From: Antedon mediterranea
Taxonomy: Eukaryota > Animalia > Echinodermata
Assembly (NCBI RefSeq): GCF_964355755.1
Contig: NC_092679.1
Location: 13,871,432-13,935,431 of the forward strand
DNA length: 64,000 nt
Direction: 5' to 3'
Shown: piece by piece, positions 27,301 to 37,900 of the stretch
How positions within the stretch are numbered: the first letter of the stretch is position 1
Layout of the letters: each line of letters opens with the position of its first letter
Made by a program: the position numbers and the translations under genes
Notes under the pieces: model-generated
Seen by the model: only the letters and a program-made list of their open reading frames with translations
What the model was told of the DNA's origin: nothing
The model's database searches: none

Positions 27301-29492
27301 AACAAAATGTAATGAAGAATCAATGCAATGCAACATATTTATAGCAATACTTTAATTTAGTTACGTCTTGACACCTGACAAAGTTATTTTCACCAATACA
27401 ATTATGTCGCCTTTTATATCGGTGAAATATAAGATGGTGATTCGCGAACATATAATCCTTCGGGAATGTAAAATCTCAAATTAGCCTAGGCCTATATTAA
27501 TACTAAATGTTAATATACATTTTATACACTTCTTTAAGTTGCATATGTTGTGTGAAGACCGGCTTACTCCGTATAGATCATACATAGCATGAGTTGTTAG
27601 TATAAGGCTAGTCTATAGCCATAGAACAAGACCATATACATGGCTGAAGTTGCGTGCTCAAGTTAGTGTTTACCGACCAACCGACCGACATAGTGAGCCA
27701 AAAGGATGTCTTTTCTAATTGTTGTGAAATATGAGATTTTGGTATTATATTTGAAATAAATTTTATAACCTATCCATAACCAAAATCCGGATAAAAAAAT
27801 TAGTTAATGTATAAGTGAATAACTTTATCATAAGTACAAATTGGCCTATTCAAAATGTGATGACATTCATCTGCATTTTGTTCATGTTTGGAGAACAATA
27901 CATGTTCAAAGTTTTGCCTTATCATTCTTAAGCCTACTTTCAACAATTTATCGAATGATATTTCATTTTAACCCAAATTAATATTATCATCTGTACTGTA
28001 GCTTGCTTGCATTTATGTAAAAGATTACTTACATGGTGCCAAGTTTATGTAGCTTTGACAAAGCATCTTCGTCGATTTCCTTCAGGTTATTATTGTTCAT
28101 GTAACTATAAGAAAAAATTGTGCTATGGTGAACAACACATTGTAAACATACTAAACAACGTAAGGAATTTGCACGTAAAATGCTAGTTTTTATTCCTTAA
28201 ACACATCATCTAGCTAGTTAATCTATATTGATCGTTCGTATTGCTAAATTCCAAAATACTGCTTTGTTCTGCATGCACACATTATTAATACTAGAGAGTG
28301 AACTCGCTTCGCTCGCTCCCTCTCTAGGACTGTAGACGATGGTTCTCGGGATGATAATGACTCGGTAAAGAGGTTTCAGAAGAACATTCTTGCCTGAACG
28401 TTTTCGGTCGGTTACCATTATTGAAATGCTTGATATTCGTAAAACTAAACCTACTCACTGTTTCACAGTGTCGTAGATGATTAATAGCGTTTTACGTATA
28501 GTGTTAATTGTTTGGTAGGGCCCTTATAGTGTGGATGTGGGGAGGCGGAGTTAATTTGAGGGAGGTACTTATTTGAGGGATCCGTAAATTTTTTTAGTTT
28601 TAATAATATGGTACATTTACAAATAAAATCCTCTAGTAGATATGAAAAGTGGTTGGTAAATTGTAGATAACAGTCCGATGAAATCTACTAAAAATAGTAT
28701 AATTGTGTTATAAATATAATACAATATAATGTGTATAAATGTGGATGGGCGTTTATTAGATGGTAGTTGGGGGGTGGGGGTGTTGCGGCGTGGTAATTAT
28801 CAATTGATGTTTTATTGGGGAGGTGTTCCGGTCGTTTATTTAAATAAATACCATTCTACTTGGTATAATCAATACATTATTCCGCGATAGTGAGCCGTTT
28901 TGGCCTAAGAATGCAGACGTTTTAGACGGCTTGCAACATGGGCATAAGTATCCCAGGATCCTAACGGGACACAGATAGCGCACAGTATTTATTATTTATT
29001 GAAGTCCTGGCAGGTTACTCAAAAACTCGGCTATCGGGGTTTCATTCGATTTCAAACAAAAGCTCTTATTGTTCAAGAATAGCCTATAACATATAACATT
29101 TGACTACGTTGGTCTAACCTCCCTCCAAACAGCAGTTCGGAAACTGCAAAGCAGCCTTACGGGTCGCCGGGCCCGAAGAGGATATGTAGGGATAATAACA
29201 TATAACCGTAGCTTTAACATTACAATGTGAAACTTACAGAATGATTGTGTCTACTGGTCATTGAAATTACAAAAAAAACTTACAGAATTTGTGTGTTTAC
29301 TGGAATTCCAACCGGCCATTCATTGAGTCCACGGTTTGCACAGTCCACGGTTATTTCTGTACATTCACAAACCGCATTCACATTAGTATCATTACTACAT
29401 GCAACTTCAACACCAATTGATAAATCCACCCATAAAAACAACAGGCAGCATATCAAGGATGTAGAGTCCATTTTCAACAATAAATGTGACAA
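9226..29492 (-). CDS. Multi-exon leucine-rich-repeat secreted or membrane protein (partial; 3' part lies beyond the left edge). Exons: 29284-29492, 28033-28104, 27217-27276, 25211-25279, 24425-24496, 20565-20636, 19897-19971, 19024-19089, 15439-15507, 11164-11235, 10662-10724, 9226-9360
   Basis: Hydrophobic signal peptide plus LRRNT (C..C.C....VDC..RGL...P.GIP). It is followed by AG/GT-bounded phase-2 exons, all multiples of 3 and open, most with LxLxxNxL (e.g. YMNNNNLKEIDEDALSKL, YLSSNDINIIEPFTF, YLANNKLRSIPSKAF, KLADNNISFIHKDAF). The receptor class cannot be assigned. Confidence 0.88.
9565..10281. mobile_element. PIF/Harbinger-type MITE
   Basis: TIRs AGGCCGGTGCACACTAAA / TTTAGTGTG..CGGCCT, TAA on both flanks, and internal inverted blocks (AAGCGTCAAATCGAA / TTCGATTTGACGCTT). 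Confidence 0.8.
10662..10724 (-). CDS. LRR exon (63 nt)
   Basis: tag|..HLAYNRLTEIPIFRGNIYGTL|gtgagt. Confidence 0.85.
11164..11235 (-). CDS. LRR exon (72 nt)
   Basis: cag|..KLADNNISFIHKDAFVALDSIYIL|gtaagt. Confidence 0.88.
11938..15344 (-). mobile_element. AcademX-like DNA transposon derivative 1 (fold-back; ~750-bp inverted arms)
   Basis: TAG...CTA termini with TAA on both flanks (11935-37, 15345-47). Minus-strand remnants of an XPG-like nuclease (GNPF, FFMHENQP, VFDGAAIVH, RTVDTDV) and a Cys-rich C-terminus (ELLKCDCK). Family assignment is from recalled Academ hallmarks. Confidence 0.8.
15439..15507 (-). CDS. LRR exon (69 nt)
   Basis: tag|..YLANNKLRSIPSKAFQGGDIWLL|gtaagt. Confidence 0.88.
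15545..17442 (+). repeat. ~170-bp tandem duplication whose first copy is interrupted by the Helitron
   Basis: 15545-15671 + 17230-17276 matches 17277-17442. Confidence 0.9.
15672..17229 (+). mobile_element. Non-autonomous Helitron, with an internal ~263-bp tandem duplication (~16125-16660)
   Basis: A|TC 5' end; 3' hairpin (TAGATGGTACGCGAGCGAAGCGAGCGTGCCATCTAG) ending CTAG|T. The empty site GACA|TTATAAT is preserved in the adjacent repeat copy at 17397-17407. Confidence 0.88.
17545..18275 (+). mobile_element. Rex1/Babar-like LINE 3' fragment
   Basis: KT.ELIVDFR, YKYL..IID.KL.W, KKGQQRLYLLRKL, ILSQTDHPLH..LPS; AATAAA and an (AT)n tail. Confidence 0.8.
19024..19089 (-). CDS. Divergent candidate exon (66 nt) of the LRR gene
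   Basis: tag|..YVSPSVVELSTGTYKLSTGSS..|gtgagt. Correct phase and open, but a weak LRR match. Confidence 0.55.
19897..19971 (-). CDS. LRR exon (75 nt)
   Basis: polyT-cag|..RIDNTKLQMLGENAFAFTNGGSVE..|gtagg. Confidence 0.8.
20565..20636 (-). CDS. LRR exon (72 nt)
   Basis: cag|..YLSSNDINIIEPFTFANNSKLSAL|gtaag. Confidence 0.88.
20882..21707. mobile_element. Non-autonomous PIF/Harbinger element with a Myb/SANT N-terminal remnant
   Basis: TIR AGCCCCTTTCTCACAGA with TTA TSD. Internal MSNWRDNEIRELLKIR at ~21173. Confidence 0.85.
21832..22666 (+). mobile_element. DINE-1/HINE-like (Helentron-associated) non-autonomous repeat
   Basis: (GACC/GACA)n microsatellites and terminal hairpin GTCGC-TTCCAC-GCGAC followed by TAAAAA. 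Near-identical inverted copy at 32330-33055; further copies at ~11310, 27625, 42600 and 52018. Confidence 0.7.
23195..24160. repeat. Interspersed repeat with a ~140-bp near-perfect hairpin (23216-23361)
   Basis: Arms ATATAAGATTTGACATCCCCGAGGGAATGATATT / AATATCATTCCCGAGGGGATGTCAAATCTTATAT. Truncated second copy at 33250-33380. Confidence 0.75.
24425..24496 (-). CDS. LRR exon (72 nt)
   Basis: tag|..SLKNNKITILRNTTFQGSTVITNL|gtaag. Confidence 0.88.
24676..25149. mobile_element. MITE with imperfect TIRs
   Basis: TAGTGAGACTTTT..GACGGTAAACGAAAAG vs CTTTCGTTAATTTACCGTC..AAAAGCTCACTA. Confidence 0.6.
25211..25279 (-). CDS. LRR exon (69 nt)
   Basis: cag|..HADTNLLTDISTVFNDLPFLRIL|gtaag. Confidence 0.85.
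25417..26909. mobile_element. Non-autonomous DNA transposon with ~48-bp TIRs
   Basis: ATAGAGTTCAGCG..TGACGTCACGACGGTAGATGGCGCTGCGTGG vs CCACGCAGAGCCATCTATCGTTGTGACGTCACACCGCAGAACTCTAT. Confidence 0.75.
27217..27276 (-). CDS. LRR exon (60 nt)
   Basis: cag|..NVNNNLLSKLPSLPKTIGN..|gtaagt. Confidence 0.85.
28033..28104 (-). CDS. LRR exon (72 nt)
   Basis: tag|..YMNNNNLKEIDEDALSKLHKLGT..|gtaagt. Confidence 0.88.
28291..28860 (-). mobile_element. Helitron 3' fragment (same family as 53445-53962)
   Basis: Reverse complement ends in a GAGCGAGCGAAGCGAG hairpin + CTAG|T. Aligns with 53445-53962. Confidence 0.75.
29284..29492 (-). CDS. LRR gene first coding exon: signal peptide + LRRNT
   Basis: ORF 29280-29492 with ATG at 29492 or 29471. 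GTAAGT donor at 29283. Confidence 0.9.
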
Positions 29493-29540
29493 CCTAACCT
29501 ATTAAATATTGCGTTTATTTTAGAAACGTCACTGTGATAT

Positions 29541-30064
29541 AAAATCTGGTTTGATATTGAAATAAAATCATGATTGTTTCTTAATTTATACAAATTGTAT
29601 AAGCATTTCCAACTGAGTTGGTATCAACAAAAAAAGTTCCGGATTCGGATCGTGACATTAGTGTACTTTCACTTTACTTCTTTTCATTATACAGTACCTG
29701 TTTTTGTCATAACATACTTATTATGTATATCATTTTTTATTTCCTTGTGGTAGTCAAGTTTTAAATATATCTATCAATTTTATTGCTTACAATCGATGAC
29801 ATCTTGGCCACATCTGCAAAAAAGTCTTATCATTTGCTCACCAAGGTCGCCTTTTCCATTAGACGAACGAACAAAATTGTATTTTAACCCTTTGAAGACG
29901 CAAGGTTTCTACCCCAAATGACAGAGCTTAAATAAGGTATTAAAGATTAGTATAAGCTAGTAGATTCCGAAAATTCCCTGTTAATGGCTTTTCCAACAAC
30001 TTTCTTACTCTTACTTCTTGAATCGGAGGTATCTCTGGCGGGAATTTAATAAGTCAGAGAGAAT
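29541..30064 (+). repeat. ~525-bp direct duplication, copy 1 (just upstream of the LRR gene ATG)
   Basis: Near-identical to 33382-33918. Confidence 0.92.
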
Positions 30065-31668
30065 GATACAAACCATAATACGATTGGTTAATTAATAGCG
30101 TGACAATCGTTTCCTGGTTATGACGTGACAGTGGTGGCGCCAGCCAGCCCCCCCCCCCCCCCCCCCCCCCGTCAGGGAAAGCTGGAGGAGTCGGGGAGTA
30201 TTGCCCATATTTGTCGGGGAGATAAATATGATCATTTCTTTTCTGGTAAAAAATAAAACCATATTAAGTGTACTACTATATATTTTAAGTAACTGCGGCA
30301 TTCCATTTTTTACGTACGTACGATTTACTGACAGCGAAGTAAACAGTATGATGTGGTACGCATTTGTCTGGCGGTGTCTCTTTGTACGAATCTTTCATGG
30401 CTCACTGCGGTATACCTGTCGACATATCTGGGCTTTATCATATTACATCCAGGGACCAAAATGTGTGATTTTCAGATTCCAGGCGAAAATCGAAAATTCA
30501 TTTGCAACTACGCATCGACGTACGTTCATACAGGGATAAAGGTACGAGTTATGTTCTCACGGTTGAGTTTACGAATTGTTTCAATTTACCAATAACCCTT
30601 GGTGTACCGCGTATATGTTCGCTGTCGATTAAAGGGGTTTGGGTGGGGGTTCGATTGGAAAAAGGAAGCGGTTGGCCCGAACCATAAAACAGGGTCTGGT
30701 CACGTTTCTTTTCGCGCATAAATCTCGATCTAGGGTAGGTGGGTGAATAGGGTGGCTAGCCACCTCCCTTAATTCTAAAGGGAAAAAAAAAGATGCACCA
30801 AACCCGTGACCGTCGCTAGACGCGGATTCGACGCCTTGACTCTTTTAATTAAGAAGAGTAGGCAAGAGCTATAGTTGAAAGAATTATTTATGAATTCAAG
30901 AGTTTAAAAAGAAAACGCAATTTAAAATCTTCGGAAAATACCCACAACTGAGTTATTTTCAAAACACATGCACTCCCACTACCAGCATCACGTTGTCTTA
31001 GCTCGCTCCTCGTGTGAATGCTGACGTCATCACTCTAAAAAAATACACCATTTTCCGCCCTGGTCTGTGTGCAAGCGTTAGCGTGGACCTGTATATTTAT
31101 ACCCCTGTACAGAGTAGAGTGTAATATCGTGAATTTTTTCTCGCGTATGAAGGTTTTTTAAATAATGGTATGCAGTATAAACGATAAAAAAAAATATAAA
31201 CATGATGTTTTTTTATTATTATTTTATAGGCATAACATAAACATGAAATGTCTTGTTCTATGTACACGGCCGAAAAAACGGCATTTTATTGATTTGTGTT
31301 ATAGACACGGCGATTACGGCAATCATCATTGTATACGGTACTAAATTACATTGAGTTATTCACCCGGCTATAGGGTATATATCTGAGGTTAACAGACCAC
31401 CAAAGCACAGTCGTACACTAAACACATGCACTATCGAGGCATTTTCGGATCAAAGTTTAATATTAGTTCGTCGAAAAAGATCCGTATTAGAGTATTTTGG
31501 AAAGATTTATTTAAATTTACATTATTATGTGACATTGTTATTAAATGTAATGGAAACAGTTGCTCTAGCCTATTAAACAGTGTGTAAGCATCTATTTTTA
31601 AAAATTTTCTGAGTAATACGATTGGTTAATAGCGTGACAATCGTTTCCTGGTTATGACGTGATACTTA

Positions 31669-31855
31669 AGCCTGTTTTCCTGTCGACGTTATTCGACGCT
31701 ATCGTCGTTGATCGTTAAAAGTTAAACGACGAAGTTGAAATGATGACAATAGCGAGTACCATTTCCTTTAAATCGTTAACATTTCAATGTTTACGTAGAA
31801 GATCGCCGATTATTGTTAACGATAGCGTCGAATAACGTCAACAGGAAAACAGGCT
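31669..31855. mobile_element. Palindromic Harbinger-type MITE
   Basis: TIR AGCCTGTTTTCCTGT..GACGTTATTCGACGCTATCG with TTA TSD. Confidence 0.85.
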
Positions 31856-32329
31856 TTAGTTGTTTTGGTTTATCAGGGTTTATGTATGGATTATTAACTT
31901 TGTTTGTCTTTGTCTGTTAAAATGTTTAAAATAGTCGAACTTTATAAGTGTTTTTTATATTTTGAACATACTGTATAACGATAATAATGTTTATATAATA
32001 ATAAAGGTTTATTTTGTGAAAATAACTGTAGGTTGACAGTAAGAATCCTTTTAATATTGCATAGGTATAATAAGTTCAGTTTGTTTAATGACTAAACATT
32101 TTAGTTAGACTAGGTAGGTCCAGTTATCCTTTTTATATTATGTCTAATTTTACGGAACAATATCGATAAAGTTACCTCAACACAAATCGATGAATCCATT
32201 ATTACACAGCAAGAACAGTAGGGACATCATTGCTACAGGCCATTACGAAAATATCGCAATGTGATACACACTGTGTACACATAGTGGCATTTTGCGTTCA
32301 CATAATTGACACCGTGTTTATACATTTTT

Positions 32330-33055
32330 ATTCGCGTTGGACGCGTCTCTATAGTTCACTATGTCGGTTGGTCGGTCGGTCTGTCGGTCTGTCTGTCGGT
32401 CCGGTATCCCTATGCGTTTTATCGCTTTCTGACCTTATCTTGATACCAGTTTAATCTAGCTAAGTCAATTTTTCACAGTATATTCCTTATGGCCAGGAAT
32501 CGATGGGGTTATGTTTTCACGGTGCGCAATAAAAAATTACGTGGTCTACGCACGATTTAACGAAATCACGTTTGTAATCATATCTTCACAACCATGAATC
32601 ACAATTAAATAAAATTTGGTACTCATAAATTTCAGGGCATAAATCATCATATGGCAATACAATTACGTGCGTAGCGCATGTAACGCATGCGTACGCGCGC
32701 TTAACATTTTCAAAATTTATTTTCGATGAAATAAGAGTACGTTTCAGGCAATTTTAAGCGTTTACAAAATTGCCATGAGTGCGCAGATTTTTGCGCGCGC
32801 ACTGCGCGTTAAATGTTATTGCGCACTATTTTTGCCCTATTTCTGTTTTCTTGACTTACTTTTCAACTCGAAATTACGTTATACGAGCACGTCAAAAGTG
32901 ACAGGCTTCGCACGTGTAAATTAAAAAAATGTAAATGTTTTTAAACATTTCAACATTTTTAAACATGTTCAGTAATTTCGGTCAGTTGGTAGGTTGGTTG
33001 GTCGGTTGATAAACACTAATGAGCACGCGACTGCAGCCATCTATATGGCCTTGTT
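32330..33055 (-). mobile_element. DINE/HINE-like repeat (inverted copy of the 21.8-22.7 kb element)
   Basis: Long reverse-complement identity with 21960-22666. Confidence 0.75.
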
Positions 33056-33381
33056 ATGAACACATGCAGTATTGGTTTAACATTGTATACGGTTTGACAC
33101 GCATTGTCGGAAGAACACACAGTGTGAAACACATCGAAAAGAGAAACACCGTAAATGAAGAAAATCACAGTGTTGGAAGGAACCAGACATAAAAAACAAG
33201 AAAACCTTTTCTCATTAGTTTGTTTTTATGGCTGGCAGCTATTAATACATTATTATACAGATATTGCCTGCTTAGAGGTGAAATATAAGATTTGACATCC
33301 CCAAGGGAATGATATTATGTTTGAGTTAAAATATATTTCCCGAAGCGCAGCTGAGGTAAATATATAATTCCCCGAGAATAC

Positions 33382-33918
33382 AAAAATCTGGTTTGATATT
33401 GAAATAAAATCATGATTGTTTCTTCAATTCTATAAATTGTATAAGCATTTCCAACTGAGTTGGTATCAACAAAAAAAGTTCCGGATTCGGATCGTGACAT
33501 TAGTGTACTTTCACTTTACTTCTTTTCATTATACAGTACCTGTTTTTGTCATAACATACTTAGTGTGTATATCATTTTTTATTTCCTTGTGGTAGTCAAG
33601 TTTTAAATATATCTATCGATTTTATTGCTTACAATCGATGACATCTTGGCCACATCTGCAAAAAAATCTTATCATTTTCTCACCAAGGTCGCCTTTTCCA
33701 TTAGAAACAACTAGAATTTACGAACAAAATTGTATTTTAACCCTTTGAAGACGCAAGGTTTCTACCCCAAATGACTGAGCTTAAATAAGGTATTAAAGAT
33801 TAGTATAAGCTAGTAGATTCCGAAAATTCCCTGTTAATGGCTCTTCAAACAAACTTTCTTACTCTTACTTCTTGAATCGGAGGTATCTCTGGCGGGAATT
33901 TAATAAGTCATAGAGAAT
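33382..33918 (+). repeat. ~535-bp direct duplication, copy 2
   Basis: Near-identical to 29541-30064. Confidence 0.92.
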
Positions 33919-36833
33919 CAGTTTCCATATTGCAATAATAACAATGTATCCTAAATAAAAGCTGATTTCTTAACCTACTCATAATAATTACACAGATACT
34001 GTACTGTATGTTGTTGTTAATTACTTAAGGTGTATTATTTAGGGACCACAGAGTGATAAAATAACTAAATACTATTGTAAAATGAACAACATGTAAACAA
34101 GTAGAGTGAATCTTCCCTGATATAAAGCGGTTTCTATTTTTATTTTAATTTGTATTTTGAAAACAATTTAATATGTGTTTTAATATGTTATTTTAAATTA
34201 ACTTTTCTTGACTTGATCTCTGAGTTCACAATTACAACATATATTATGTTGGGAAATGGTGTGAACAAACAGTGCATGCCACTATGCGAACCTCACAAAT
34301 TACATAGTGTTCAATTCGGTGAAAGGTATCAATACCATCAATGGAATCTTCTAAAAAAAGTATATCTAGTTTAAAATAAATCGAAATAGTGTTTGTATGT
34401 CTGTAATACACACAAATACATAATTGGACATACATAGAAAATCCCTATCCACCAAAAATGAACTGATAACAACAAATTAATACGCTTTAATTGATAACGG
34501 TTTGTAAAAATGTCTGAGTCATAAGGTTTATCGCAAATACCTTGATTTCGCGAGACACGTCATTGCACAATGCATGATGGGAAGGGTTTGGGAGCAATAA
34601 CGCCAACCGTATAATACAAACTTTATATACTGGTGGTGGCGCTATTGCTCCCAAACTCTTCCCATTATGCATCGCTCACGCAATTTTCGATAAACCTTAT
34701 TGTATATAGATATAAAATTAACACAATAAATACAAACAGTACAGTACAGCTATAACTAATGCAAACACTTTTTAAAAATGTTTCAAGAATTATCGCAGTT
34801 AGGTAACTATATATTTTTTTAAATCAATCATTTCATCATTAATTAACATCTTGTAAGCAATATTAGTAATATGGAATATAAAGTTAATTTACACGATTTA
34901 AAAATGTTAATGAATGAAGTTTAAAAAGATAAAAAATGTGATAAGAATGATAATAATAGAGATTTTAGGGTGATGACATGAAAGATGATATTATTGTGGT
35001 GTTTAGGCCACAAAGGAGAGAAAAACAAGCTCTTATTTATGCGTATTGTTCTTTAAAAATAGGTCTAATTTACAATGGTATTTCGTAAGTACAAGATCAA
35101 GACTTATTGATGTATTGTATATGTCAGTAAAATTTACAGTTTACAAAATGGTTCTTTCTATAATCTGAATCTGACTACAGTATCATACAGTGTATGACCT
35201 TCTTATATATACAAAATATTCATATGTCATACATACATTATACACAATGGCAATGATATACGACTATTTTTACCCTACGTATCAACATGTTGTTTTCTCT
35301 TTTTTCACATTCATTGATATTCTTTTTAACACTAAAATTTGATAATTCCGTCATGACACAGTAATAATCGTAATAATATAAACATTCTAGTCACAACCAG
35401 GTGATACTTTCCACACTTTAATAATTTAATCAGATTTTTAGACTAACTTAAAACAAGCATATTTTATTCCTCTTTCATTACTATATTAAAACAAATTGAA
35501 TATGTAAAGTTACAATGGAAACTTAACAAAACTGGCTATTACAACTGAAAAGTTAAAAAGGTTATTTTATCTTTTTTTTTAATCTTATACTATACAATAA
35601 CAAGAGTTATGGTATAAATATTACCTCATTATAAAAATAAAGCTATATTATAATATTATTTTGCTACTCGGAGACTGCGGCAATTAACAAACTCATAGAA
35701 TAATAAATAAAGACGCATACAACATAAATTCTGGCTTAAATAGTTTAATTAGTAAATGAACATTCACCCATGTAAAACTGCACATTAAAGTCATAAGCAA
35801 ATATAAGTTATATAGCAATAATTTTCCAATTCTAAGTAAGCACAACAGGGATGCTCAGAGAAAAATAGCCCGCGGCAGGTGCCAAGGCACCGCCAAGAGC
35901 AGCCCACCAAAGTGCAGGAAAAAAGGAAGAATGTTCACTTACCCGCATGAAACTGAGATAAAAAAAAACAACCAGGAATCCCTGGAAGAGTCTCCAAAGA
36001 GACTGATAGGTACAAAAATCACCATTAATACAACGATGCTCCCCATGAAAGTATACGCAGATACTTCATGGCAGTATGTTGAGCATCAGCACCTTCCACC
36101 CAAGGCTAATCCAAGGGCTCCACTACCGTACACTGCAATGGGAGCAAAGTTGTACTAACACATCGCAAATAAACATTACTGACAGAAAAAAAAACCAAAA
36201 ACGCATGGATGTGAGTTATAATGTAAATGTAGATTTTTATTATGTTGTTGAAAATTCGCAGAAATATAAATTATTCAATGAAATACAACAATACAGCTGG
36301 CCACCTCTTGAACATGATGAGGGAAATCCCTGTTTGCAGTTTATGACCGCCCCTTTGGAGATCTAAAAGTATGATGCTTTTTGAAGTTTCCGTAACAACC
36401 TGAGGTGATTGTCAATTAGATTGCCAAGGGCTTTAGGTTGTCAACAAAGCATGTCACAGGTTAAGATAAGATAAGATATGATAAGATAAATCTTTATTGT
36501 CATGAACACAAGGCGAGCATGAAATTGGTTTTCCTTGATGCTTAAAAACACATACAATATATAAAACATTAAAAATATCAATACAATACATTAAAAATAT
36601 ATACAGTTGTAAACAAGTAAAACAAACTATCTTTGAAATGTTGAGTTGGAAACATGAATAGAGTTGTGGACGATGTCTAGAACAGAATTGGTGAACTTTC
36701 AAAAATTGTCTTCGGTTTTTCGGTAGGTTGATCCAATATTTAAATCAAAGATACAAATAAAATAAAAATATAATGTTTAAAGTACATTGTTAAAATATTA
36801 AAGTGATTGGTTGACCTCATTATAAAAATAAAG

Positions 36834-37215
36834 CTATATTATAATATTATTTTTCTCAATGTGTGATTCTTCAAGGTCATCTTCATCGATTTGAAGAAGC
36901 AGTGCTCTACTCGCTTGACGACAACAGTCTGTTTTGAATTTCTTCAAAAAATCAACTGAAAACGAGAGCAAACAAATAATTTAATATTAATTTATAAGCA
37001 GTTGGCTGAATATGGTGGTTTAATATTCCTACATTTACATTATAGGCCTTCAATAAATATCTCACCAATTACGACTAGCATGATAGAAACATTCAGCATA
37101 ATTAGGATAACGGGAGTTATCTTGTGAAGTAAACCAATGACGTCATCTTCATTGAAACTCTGATCCAAGTTTACGATCGCCCCAATGGATAGATTGGAAT
37201 TGGAATCTCTGCTCT
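36834..37215 (-). pseudogene. Possible two-exon 3' fragment of a single-pass membrane protein (37066-~37215 and 36834-36955)
   Basis: ...LHKITPVILIMLNVSIMLVVI|gtgag...ttttcag|DFLKKFKTDCC...EDDLEESH...*; the splice phases match. There is no clear upstream acceptor or ATG, and an in-frame stop lies at ~37228. Confidence 0.4.
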
Positions 37216-37588
37216 GACTTCTCTTTCATTGGTTCAAGGTATAAGTGCAACACAATAAATATGACAGTAAAAATAGAGAGTAAGTGTCACAAGTGACATA
37301 AGTTTTGTATTTATTTTGCAAGTCATGCTTACTTTTCCTTTTGTTTTCATTATTTGAACCTTTCTTTTGTTTTAGGAAACTATTGTTTGAAGCCAGTGGA
37401 GCAGAGTGTTTGTGTGCAGAGAAGGAGTGTGTGGAGGTTGCTGATTGGAGGAGAGGTGTAAGAGTTGAGTTGGTGTTTGAGTTGCTGATTGGTTGAGAAG
37501 GATAAGGTGGTGGTATGTGTGCAATTGAGGGAAGGTTGAGAGGGGGATGAAAATTGAGAGGAGACAGAGAAGGAGGGCTATGTTATGT

Positions 37589-37900
37589 TGAAGCAGAAAG
37601 GAAATAAAGTGATACATATGAAGTTAATAAAGTGTGGGTTGGAAAGAATTATGGTGATATAGAGCTGAAGCAGAAAGGAAAAAAAGGGATATACATGAAG
37701 TTAATAAATTGTGAGTTGGAAATAATTATGGTGATATAGAGCTGAAGCAGAAAATAGAGCTGAAGCAGGAAGGAAATAAAGTGATATACATGAAGTTAAT
37801 AAATTATGCGTTGGAAATAATTATGGTGATATAGAGCTGAAGCAGAAAGGAAATAAAGTGATATAGGCCTACATGAAGTTAATAAATTGTGAGTTGGAAG
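37589..37900 (+). repeat. ~75-bp minisatellite (GAAGCAGAAAGGAAATAAAGTGATATACATGAAGTTAATAAA...)
   Basis: About four tandem units, read directly. Confidence 0.9.

Noticed and set aside
29245-29505. 86-aa + strand ORF
   Set aside because: Antisense to the signal peptide/LRRNT exon.
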